Of a stretch of 64,000 bases of DNA, positions 28,143 to 39,268 are shown in pieces; position 1 is the stretch's first letter; every line of letters starts with the position of its first letter. The notes under the pieces are model-generated. The model made no database searches. It saw only the letters and a list, made by a program, of their open reading frames with translations, and was not told the DNA's origin. Position numbers and translations under genes: made by a program. This stretch comes from Nymphaea colorata (taxonomy: Eukaryota), in the NCBI RefSeq assembly GCF_008831285.2, contig NC_045138.2, positions 30,938,001 to 31,002,000 on the forward strand, written 5' to 3'.

Positions 28143-30227
28143 GAGAGAGAAAATGAATAAACAAAAGCCGGTTCTGGCGTGAGAACCTGGGAGTTCTGCG
28201 TTTGGTTTTATTCAGGACGGCGAGTTGTGGCTTGAGTCACGACTCTTTCGGAATCGCCTTGGATTGAATCCTAAAACGGCATTATTTGAGGCGCTAGTGA
28301 CTCCAAGGGAAAGGGAGGAAACCAAATTTTCATGAATACAATTTTTTTTTTTTTTTTGTTTATCATGATTTTGTCATGGTTACTTGGAAGTGTGTCTGAC
28401 CAAAATCAAGACATTTTTCAAGATATTTTATCACGAAGAATTGAGAGATTGGAAGGTGACATGGACGGTGAACTTTCATTGGTGCCATGTGGTTTCCGCG
28501 TGGCTTTAGATGAGTGGTCTCCAACTACCATCTCCGGTATGGAAGCGAAAACAACTGAAATTTGAACCAGAAATTGGCCGCCTATCAGCCACTAACAATA
28601 GTCTTCTGAGCATGTCGCGGACTAAAACAATATATAAAGAAATTCTAACATGAACATGAATTGTTCAACTAAGTCTGGAGGAATCGAGTCACATTTTTAG
28701 TTGCGTTACTCAAGCCAGCATTTTCCCTTCCACTTCGTCCACAATTGCTGGCGTGTTCGGTGAGTGTGGTAGGTCCGGGCCCGGCGGCCTCCAACCAACA
28801 CTTAAATTGCTTGCACTACACACACTCTCTCTCAATTCTCAGCGTTCAAACAAACGTCACAATCTCACTAAAAAAAAATCTAAAAAGATAGTTCGAAACA
28901 AAAAAAAAAACAAAAGAAAAATCTATAGACCCGTCCATTATGTGCTTGTTCATACTCAATCGTATGAATCCCTTATACTACCATGCATGTTCAGATATAT
29001 ATATATGTATATATATACTAGAGAGAGAAGGAGGGGGAGTCGAGTATGGTTTTTGTGCATCTCTTTTAGGGTTTTGAACTATTTTTAATCAATCTTGCTA
29101 TATGTAGAATCTAACTACATACGTACAAATGTAAATATTAAAAAAAAAAAAACTTGAAAATGCCCATACCTCGATTAACTTCTATACTCCAATAAATTTT
29201 TAAGATCTTAGATTCATGTATGTGGTTGAATCTATGGAAAAGAAAAAAAAAAACAACACTCCTAATACTTGAGAATCAAAGAAAATTGAGAGATATTATT
29301 GAAGAGAGAGAGAGAGAGAGATTATTGTATTCCTTTAGAAGTAGGACGTCCTGTTTAATCTCTCTTGCAGTACAAGGATTCTCAAACTGTCGAGTACTGG
29401 TGTGGAGTTTGTGGAGTACAAACTAATGCTAAAGGGATCCATCAATGTGGGCACGCCCTTATCATCAAAGGCTGGAACCCACCTACTTCCACATTTGGAT
29501 CTCTTGCCGAGCTGGACCCGTGATATTGTGCCACGTGGCCCTCGCTCTCGGAATTATGGGTCCCGCCGCCCGAGGACGGCGACAGATGAAGATGTCTGAA
29601 ACCTTGATGCTGGATCTGGGTTTCACCTGAATCACTCGATCGCTTCAGTGGGGAAAATTGGATCTGATTACCAATTGGATTTCAGATCTGGATCTGATGA
29701 CAATGTCAACATTTCAGTCAGGTCATAGGGTGGACAGAACGTAGATTTGGTTCCAGGAAAAATCAGATCCAAATCCAAACTAGTGAACAAGTTATTAGGC
29801 AGAGACTGAATGGTTTGGATTGATCACAGGGTGATGGATCCCTGGAGAGGAACCATCAAAGATGCTTCATAGATTACCTTACTATCGAATATGTGATCCT
29901 CAGTGATTTTAGAGTACCTGAGATCTCATATCCAAGACAAGAAAATATTAGTGACATTTTTTCCTGTATAAGATCTAGTTGGGAGCATGACGTCAGGTTA
30001 TATAATTGAGAATAGCGGATGTATCTCAGTTTATTAAGTTACCTAGAAATATCATTATTAGGAAGCTGACCTCTTTGTATGGTACAGCTCTTTATTAGTG
30101 GAGCGGTTGTAGGGGCCGAACTATTGTTTCAAAATTTTAATAAGAGTTGAAATATAATTTTTAAATTTTTTTTATACAGGCTAAACTAAAATTTTAAAAA
30201 TTTACAAGTTAAATTTTCATTTTCTAC

Positions 30228-30373
30228 AAGGTTGATTGGCAATAGGAACAATAATATACTCCAAAAAATTAGGATAGATTCATAAAACATTATAAGCAGA
30301 ATAATGTTTCATGAATCTGCCTTAGTTCTTTAGGCTAGTAAGTATGTTGTTGTTCTCATTGGGGGACAACCTT
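30228..30373. mobile_element. Foldback MITE (whole element palindromic)
   Basis: Ends AAGGTTG...CAACCTT. Outer arms caataggaacaataatatact / agtatgttgttgttctcattg. Inner 18-bp stem AGATTCATAAAACATTAT / ATAATGTTTCATGAATCT (17/18). Confidence 0.7.
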
Positions 30374-30678
30374 TACACTCTTTAGGAACAATTCAATCAT
30401 GTCAAATGTCTCATAGATATTATTGGATGACTAAAATTTAAAAATTTATCACAAACAAGTCGTCACTAATAGTAGACCTTAAAAGTGCTCGCGGTTGCCC
30501 ATATTTTGATAAAGAGATATGTAAGAAAAAATGGCAAGACCCTTCAATCCTGACGATAGGCTAGGCCGTGGAGGGAAGCAAAAAGAAGAAAACTGGAAGC
30601 AATCTAGAACACACTGTATAGATAATTATACCTTGAGGAACTAATTGTCTCCTTCAAACCAACACTGCAGTCTTATAC

Positions 30679-30853
30679 AGGGGGAAGCCAAGGAGGGGCC
30701 TGCAGGGCCTTATCCCTCTCTAAAAAAAAGTTAAAAAATTTATAAAATTTCATTTGTTTTATATAAAAATTTTAAAAAATGATATTTTGGTCCATGTCAA
30801 AATTTAGAAACTTTAATTCAGCCCCTTCTATGAAAAATTTCTCGCTTTGCCCC
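30679..30853. mobile_element. MITE with GGGG(G/C)(A/G)AGCC-type termini; related fragments near 30097-30225, 47650-47760 and 48170-48295
   Basis: Left AGGGGGAAGCC, right GCTTTGCCCC. A shared core (aaaattt..aaact.taatt..gccc...aaaaatttct.gct...ccc) recurs in the other copies. Confidence 0.55.
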
Positions 30854-31789
30854 AAGAGATTTGGACCTATGCTACATTAGAGAAGGCAACCGGCTTTTAG
30901 GTAATCCTTTATCATGACATTGTCAATGCTCTATGGCTAACTTAGAATAGACCAAGATTCTTAGTGGTTAGGTCTAAGGAGATGAGTTACATTTGTTGTT
31001 TTTCAAGAAGGCTTCTGTAATTAAGGCCAGATGCCACTCCTTAATTGGGTTGATCTTTAGTTTAGAATGTTTAAAAAAATGAAATATTGTGGATTGGAAA
31101 ACTTATCCACAAATGAAAGGGAATTAACATTTTAAAACAATTTTTTTTTTGTGTGTGTGTGTACAAAGTTACTAAGATATCTCATTTTATACAAGTCTAC
31201 AAAAACATTTAGGAGTCACTTGATATACCCATAATCATGTAATTGTAGAATCAAAATACTCAACTTTTAAGAAATTGAAATTATTAAACAAACGAGGTAT
31301 TTTGTTTTCGAACTTTTTCCGAGACGATTGCCGTTTGAATGAGTCAATCCAATCACGACTGCCCGACTGACAGCGCCAACGTGTCCCCGAATTTATGGCA
31401 AGTAAATAATAAGTGGGAAATGAGAGATGCCAAGACAAAAGCTGCTCATGTTGTTGTGGACAACAAGAGTTGAAAGTATCTTTGTTTTCAATGACTGACA
31501 GACAGCATTCAATAATGCTCACTTGGGTTCTTTTACCAAAGGTTTAAATTAGGGTAAGCACAAACAAAGATGGGAGTAAAATAGTAGAGAAGTACCATGA
31601 GATCACAGTAAAAACAAACATCTTTCATCTCTACCTACCATTTTTGTCAGGCAGCTGCTTTTTCCAAGATCATTAATTAGATCTCTCTAATTGGAAGTAG
31701 TAAATTTCCTCAAAACAGGCATGCTTATGGAATTTGGTGCTCTTGGTAAGAAGTAAGAACAGCTGCATGTGCATGAGTTTTCCTGAGTA

Positions 31790-32062
31790 ATTACGTGTTG
31801 AGTTCGAGCTCAACACGTAATCACCGAGTTGAGCTCGAGCCTTAATCAAGTTTGTCGATCCTTAATTGAGTCGAGTTCAAGATGTAACGATGAATATCAA
31901 TTATATTCAAACGAGTTTGTTGAGTCTAATTAAGTCAAGCTTGAGCTCAACATGTAACTGCCGAGTCGAGCTCAAGCTACTTCTGTTCAGCTATTCTCGA
32001 TCTCGAGCCGAGTCGAGATCAAGGTTTCATTAGTCGAGTTGACTGAACTCAGGCTCGACTCC
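31790..32062. mobile_element. Truncated copy of the 51060 MITE family
   Basis: Colinear similarity with about 51185-51445 (agttcgagctcaaca.gtaa, ctattctcga.ctcgagccgagt, aggtttcattagtcg). Confidence 0.7.
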
Positions 32063-32614
32063 GCTGGTATGGTGAGTCACGGGCTAAGATCAACAATCAT
32101 ATGATCCAAACTTTCAAAACAATGTGAACAGTGAAAAAAGTTTCATGAGCGGACTATGGACAAATCCCACCTTTTAGCACACAACACTTTTGGCGTAGAA
32201 CTAAGAGATTGTATACTTCTTAAACCCCTCAAAATCCTCAAAATTTGTGCTCATTGAAAGTTTTGAAAGCAAAGTTAGATGTCGTGAAAAGGGGCGACAT
32301 GATTTAAATCGGATTCAAATTAGATATCTGACTGTATTTTTTTTTTTTTATAAACAAGTCAGATATGCAAAAGAATCCATTTTGAAAACTATACAAAATG
32401 AGTTCCTAATTCAAATATGGTTTTCAGATCATATAATAAACATCAATATGGTCAAGTTAAATTTTGTAAATGTGCATGTATTTTGAAAGTTGGTTCTTAA
32501 ATTCTATATTAGATTTACGTACAATTAAAATTAGGTCCCTTGGCATTTCATGGAGCCCAATAGAACTTGGACCTTAGCGCGCGGATCCAACCCGGTTTCG
32601 GTTCCCGATGGCTT

Positions 32615-32728
32615 TTGACTTTTGACTTTTCTTGACAGATCAGTCAGAACGAGTGGGGTCCGCTTACGTCACGTGCCACCGTCAGCTGATGTCCGCAGAT
32701 CTGTTGCCACGCGTCCGTTGGGCCCCAC
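32615..32728 (+). promoter_or_regulatory. Dense cis-element cluster in the DBP1 proximal promoter
   Basis: W-box cores TTGACT at 32615 and 32622. TTACGTCA (TGA/as-1-like) at 32664-32671 overlaps G-box CACGTG at 32670-32675. GCCACGCGT (CE3/CGCG-box-like) at 32706-32714. GGCCCCAC (TCP-like) at 32721-32728. Confidence 0.55.
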
Positions 32729-33019
32729 CCGGCTCCTTCCTCAAGCAAGCTCAACCGGGTGGGAAAAACAAAACCAGAAAAAGTTTCTAACCAAACGGTG
32801 AAAAAAGGAAAAACGTCTGGAAAAAGGAAGAGGGAAAGAAAAACCCTAGCACCTACTGCCTACTACACCAGAGAGAGAGAGATTTTCCTGATTTTCCTTT
32901 ACTCTTCCTTCCTGTTTTGCTTCTGAGTAGCGTGGAGTCTTTGTTGTCTTCGCAAGGTATTTCGTTCCGCGTCCTGCATTTTTGTTTCTACTGTTTGTTT
33001 CCGCTTCAGATGTGAGGAA

Positions 33020-36000
33020 ATGGAGGCGAGTGCGGTAGGGGAGATTGGGAGCTCGTCGAGGGAGCAGGACCGGCCGCCGAACCCGCTCGGAGGTGCGTAC
33101 CGGCAGTGTTTCGGCAACGCCCACTTCGGTTCTCCGTGCGCCAACAGCCCTCATGTTCGCCACGCCGCACTGGTGCGATCTTTCTTCCGTCGCTCCGTCT
33201 CTTTCTCTCTTCTTTCTGAGGTATCTCGTTTAGGGTTACGGCCTGTCTCTTTTTGTGCCATGGGGAGCCCGAACGTGACGTTAGACTGCCATTCTTTTGT
33301 TTTTCCTTTTTCCCTCTGTTGGTGGAATGGATTTTGAAGTATATGGCTAGGATCGGAGAAATTGGCGTGAGCCATTGCTCCTGTTCTGTTGTACTGCAGA
33401 AGTCGTACAGTGCCGTTTGGCTGTTGTCTATTGTTGTTCTTCATTGTTTATTTGGCTTGAATACGGATGAATCAGATTGCTTTTTCCTCTTTTGTCCTCC
33501 TGATTTTCTTGTTTCCTTTCGCGTGAATTTAAAGCTTTTTTTTTGTTGTTTCACTGGATTTTAGTATGAGCATTTTCTTCTGGAGTGTGGTTTAATGCAT
33601 AAATGTTTTTGCTATTGGTTTTTGGTCTTTTTAGAGGGCAAGCAGGGTGGAACGATTCGTCGGTAGCGCATATGATGATTCCGAAGTCGATGGGGAGCTG
33701 AACTTGGAGGTCCCCACTTTTACCATCTTTGCCTCTACTCTTCTGAACATGTCTTAATTTTACATGATTTTGGTTTCATCGTTATTGCATTGGATTATGG
33801 ACGAAAATGTAGTATTCAAATAATATGTGCATCTCAACCATGAACTTGATCCAGCTGAGTATTTTTACTTGATGGAAGTTTTTCCACTTTCAGCTTCGAT
33901 ACAGTCAAGTGCTTATGTTGGAGCTTGACAACTACAATAATAAAGATGAATTTGGAACAAAAAGACATAATTAAAGACCGACAAAAAACTATATGGAAAG
34001 TTCACTTTTCAGGCAATATAAGGTGGCAAACTGAACGATCTCAAGCTTCCTAGAACGGATGGGAGTTTCAAATTGCCCATTGCTGAAATAGTGAGGCAAC
34101 ATTTTATCTTTTTCAGTTGCCTATGTTTTCCTCTAGGCATCATTTATCAGTAGAAACGTGATTCTTTCCCTCCTTGGCTTCCAAAGCTCATGTCAGCCAC
34201 TCGGAAGCTATCGGCTTCGATAAGTGGTTATGTTAGAGCTTGACAACTACACTTATAAAGACCGATTTGGAACAAAAAGACATGATCAAAGCCATCAAAA
34301 TTTGTATGGAAAGTTCATTTTTAAGGCAACATAAGGAGGCAAACTGAACAATCTCAAGCTTCCTAGAATGGACAGGAGTCCCATTTCTAAAATAGTGGGG
34401 CCACGCTTATCTTTTTCAATTGCCTATTTTTTTTCCTCTAGGCATCATTTATCAGTAGAACGCTCATCCTTTCAATGCTTTCTTCTGTATCACTATATTT
34501 GCAGCTATGTCCTTTTGATGTAGTTGGGGAGGATGATTCATGAAAATTTTCTTGTTGCCAAAGTCTGCTGTGTGTAGATGTAAACAAAATCTAGTCTATG
34601 GTGGCTTAAAATGGATCTGTAGACAACATTTGAATGGATATCTTGGCTTTTACTCATTTTTTTGGACAATAACTTGCTAGTTTTCATAATATTGGTGTCT
34701 CTCAATTAATAATACTAAAATTGATTTGCTTTCCAGTGCATGATAGACAGTACTATTGGATACTCCGACCATCATTTCCCAACATGGTTTGTGTCTCAAG
34801 CGTTAGAAGGTAGCTAATATGGAGTTTCTTAAAGTAGGTGTCTCTTCTGGTTTCAGTGGTCTTTGATCATTGGAGTGGCCAAGGAGCAAACCTAAACCAG
34901 CCATATTTGACACTAAAATTGCTGCTTAGCCTATTTTAGCCTTCAATGCCTTAGAAAAGTCTGAATTGCTTAAATTCAACACCGCTAATGCCTATGACCA
35001 CATTGATTACTGTTTTGAAATATTAATTAGCTTCATTACATTAAGGCTTTGTTTAGGAATGGAGGCGAAATGGTCGTGGGAGTTGAGGTGCAAAAGGGAG
35101 GTTAGAGTGTATTTATCAACTGCATCTCCTTGAGATGTCTGAGGAGGTGAAAAGACATCTGTACTCCTATTTGCTCTTTTGTCTCCACTCTATCTCCAAA
35201 TCAAGAGATTCTAGTTTGGAGACTTTGAGTGTTCTCCATTCATTCCTCAGGCATTAACTTGCCAACTTCTTTAAGACACAGTATTAGTAGGACTTGGGTT
35301 TGGAATAGACCTTCGTCAGTAAATGGCAGTGGAGCTTTTTTCCTGCACTCAATCTTGGGTGGGAAGCCATTTAAATGGGTGTGCATAGTAGGTCAGGGAG
35401 TCGCTGCTGCTGAGTGATAGCCAGCAGGGCAACTTTTCGTCTGATTTATGAAAAATGGTCTGGTATACTGAGTTCAGATTTAGCACACTTTTGAACATGC
35501 AGTTGATAGTCAACTGCAGGAACCTGGTTGGGCTGGTAAAGTGTTTGGCAGTAAAAAATCTGCACTTCAGAAATCTAAGACTGGGATCATGATGACAAGC
35601 TCTTTAAGAAGAAATTAACTACTAAGGGGGTTCCATCAATTAGAGATGTTTAATGCTTAGCATGTCGTCCATGAATGCTTGCTAGCTATGTCACATGGAC
35701 ACAACTAAAAGATAGCCCCCTTATTTCAACACTTCGGAGTTATATAGTTTTAGATGTTATCACGGCCATGGTGGTACTTATATCTGTGCTCCTGCGCACC
35801 CAAGGCTTTTGAAATTGCTCTGCACCTACACCGTATAAGCATTGCCTGCTAGCTTCCCCTTTTGTACTGACTTAATGCAACTCTCTCCTAAGTGAGGTTA
35901 TTTAGGAACCCAAATCAATCAAGAGCTGGTGGGGAGGTTGATTAGCCTGGCAATATTCTGAATAGTTGCCTGCCCTTTGCACATAATTTTAGTGCATGTC

Positions 36001-37600
36001 ATTTCCTTTTCTCCATTTATTCATTCTGTAATTTCTATTTGAGGTAATCCTCTTTATGATTTTTTCCCCTATCAACAGTTTGCTGTTACTGGTAACTACT
36101 TTGTTCAGTTGAATGAGTGGAAGTTGTGAAGTTTGACTTGCTTTTGGGGTCATGATAATGATGATGCATGCACAATTTCCTTGGTGCTGATTTCTAGTGC
36201 TTTAAGAAAACCATCTAGTTTGAGTTCACTCATTTGATAAGTCGTAAGCTAAACTTGCATACACTTTTTAAGTGTAAGCGGGTGGACGAGTATTGGAAAA
36301 GAGATGCTCGTGTCTTTCTCTTCCATAAATTTATCAGCATGGCCTATGTGTTTATTGTTGACGTGTATTATGTTAGCCATATAATTTTACTTCCTTTCCT
36401 TTTTATATGGAATAAGGAGAGCCTGTCTCAGGTGAATATGGAGGTAGAATCTATTGGGGAACTTGAAATCCAAGAAGGAAAAGAAGATTCTGAAAGTGAT
36501 TTCATCCCTGTTGTCCGCTCGGGTGGATGGGCAGATATTGGAATCAGGAGGACCATGGAAGATGTCTATGTGTGCTTCGATGACTTCTTGCATGACTGCA
36601 AACATTTGGGGTCACCCAGTGCCTTCTATGGGGTAGACTTCACTATCTTTTTTCTTGTCCTTTTCATCTGCATATTCTGACAATATGTAGATTTACATAA
36701 TTTTAGTGTGAAGGAGCCTGAGTATAGCATGATGTTTTCGAAAAGAAAAAGGGAGAAAAAGCTGATGTAACATCTGTCATTGATTTAGTTTAATGTGAAA
36801 GTAAAATGACCTGCCAAAGTGTGGAATGATGTTCTATAGAAAAGGAAAAAAGAAGCTGATTTAACATATCCAATGTTCATCACGTTATTAGTCCAGCTTA
36901 CTATTGCTGTAGAAGCAAACAGACTATTTATTTTTTCCGATTTTTTGATCCTTTGTTTTTAAGTCTTTTCTTTCGACTTTAGACTGGCGCTTATTGGATA
37001 CTGACACTTATTGGTAATGTTTTCATAATTCTTGTGAAAAGGTTTTTGATGGCCATGGTGGCAAGCATGCTGCAAATTTTGCGTGTGACAACCTGCCAAG
37101 GTTAATACTAGAGGATGCTGATTTTCCAAGGGAGATAGAGAAGGTTATTTCTGCAGCTTTTCTGCGGACAGATAATGCATTTGCAGAAGCATGTTCCCTT
37201 GATGCCACACTTGCATCTGGTACTACTGCATTGACTGCTGTAATAGTTGGGAGGTGAGATATTCCAGTATTTGACCGCTTGTGCTATTGCCATTGTACTT
37301 AATGTGCTCCTGTTTTCTTGCTAGGGTATAGAATTCAGACTTCAAAGTGTTCACCTTTGTATTCTCATAATTCTCAGATGACAGATCTATTGCACAGTTT
37401 TATCTCTATCACAACCTCTGCTGTGTTTTAGAGGTCTATGACTATGTCTTACTAAAATTGCAGAACATATTGAGTTCTTGGATGGGTTTCGGGTAGCATC
37501 CACAGGCATGCTCCTCACACGTGCATGCACTTAAAAACAGGAATGAACAAAAAGTCATCAGACACCTCATGGTCTGACATTATGATTATGCAAAACACAC

Positions 37601-37658
<58 letters not shown>

Positions 37659-39268
37659 TTCACGTCCTAATATGTAGGAATTGGTGTGCGAATAATTATC
37701 TTTTTATGTGTAAATGATACTGATTAAGCTGAATTTTTCTGACTTATTCTTTTAACTCAAGTATCTGGGCTGAAAATTACAAAGACACTTTCTTTGTGCT
37801 GCTACTGCTATTCCTTAGTTAAAATTTGAGGTATAAGGTTCAAATAGAGCGAATCTGGATTCTGGACCCATGTGGGTTCCAGATATAAACAAGTTTTTGA
37901 ATCTATTTTTATATAACAATGTCATATTTTTTACTCTAAAAGTGTTACAAGCATGATTATGATTAGCCAGTAAAATAAGAGCAAAATCGGACCAACTTTT
38001 TCACGCAAAATGTTCAAGGTCGTGTTCAGGATCAGATATGTAAACTCTGTGAGTGTGCATCTCTTAGCCAGATGATTTTTGTGGAGATGTGGAGACCTGA
38101 TGCACATTCATAGATTTGACTGTGTTATGAAAACATGGCAGCTGCTTTTTCTGCAGAACGCAGCTCAGGAAGATGTAACCTATGAAAGCAGGGGATCTGG
38201 CCATGAATGTTTTTGTTAAGTATTGAAATTCTCTTTCTGACCTGATCTTTTTACCTTTTATTACATACTTTTTAGATAATTGGGGCCTCAAGTCATTTCT
38301 TTTCTGATCGGTATGTAAAAGAACTTTTGCCAAGTAATGCACACCCATAATGTCGAAGCTCTGATGTCTCCTCAGCATGGTGACTTCAGCATGGGTAAAT
38401 TCATCTAGACTCTAGATTATTGAAGCATAATCAGGAAATTTTAAATACTCAAACTTATTAACTTTTGGTTCATCTGGACCAAAAATTTGTGGCAGAAAAC
38501 TTGAAGTTTCAATGTGAGCAGCTGCTGGAGTAGATAGTTTACTTTTAGTGCCGTAGTATCTTGCCAGTTCCTGGTGTTTATCATGAATTGCCAATTGTTT
38601 ATTTAAGACACAATGTCCATCCTGTCATAGCTTGTGTTTTGTTTTAATGTTACCTTTAGCGGTTATGCAAGACTATATCTTTCAGGTCCTTGGTGGTTGC
38701 TAATGCTGGAGACTGCCGTGCTGTGCTTTGCCGTCGTGGCAAGGCAATTGAGGTATCAAGAGATCACAAACCTGGAAGCTTGAGAGAAATGAAACGGATA
38801 GAGGCATCTGGTGGCTATGTTTCTGATGGCTACCTTAATGGCCAACTGAATGTTGCCCGAGCTCTTGGAGATTGGCACATGGAAGGCTTGAAAGTCCCTG
38901 CCACTGGTGATGGACCCAATTTGGGGCCATTGAGTGGAGAGCCTGAGATGATAAGGATGAATTTGACAGAAGAGGATGAGTTTCTTATCATTGGATGTGA
39001 TGGTATCTGGGACGTTTTCATAAGTCAGAATGCAGTTGATTTTGCCCGAAGGCAATTGCAGCAGCACAATGATCCCTTGACATGCTGTAAAGAACTGGTT
39101 AGCGAAGCACTCAAGCGCAAGAGTGGTGATAATTTAGCGGTGGTAGTGGTCTGCTTCCAGGCAAATCCCCCGCCTAATCTTTCTGCACCTAAGCCCCGTG
39201 TTCATAGGAGTATCTCAGCTGAAGGTTTTCGAGAGGTGCAGAGCTTCTTGGACAGCTTAAGGACTTAG
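33020..39268 (+). CDS. DBP1: Protein phosphatase 2C, DBP1 type (DNA-binding protein phosphatase)
   Basis: Exons 33020-33172, 36417 (or 36432, both in frame)-36632, 37042-37253, 38686-39268. N-terminal RPPNPL..YRQCF..VRHAAL resembles the DBP N-terminal core. Catalytic motifs DIGIRRTMED, AFYGVFDGHGG, SGTTA, ANAGDCRAVL, SRDHKP, NVARALGDW, IIGCDGIWD, SGDNL. Confidence 0.9.
33893..34460. repeat. Tandem duplication of about 260 bp in DBP1 intron 1
   Basis: About 33893-34155 and 34214-34460 share gagcttgacaactaca, atttggaacaaaaagacat, ggcaaactgaac.atctcaagcttcctagaa and ttcctctaggcatcatttatcagtagaa. Confidence 0.85.
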
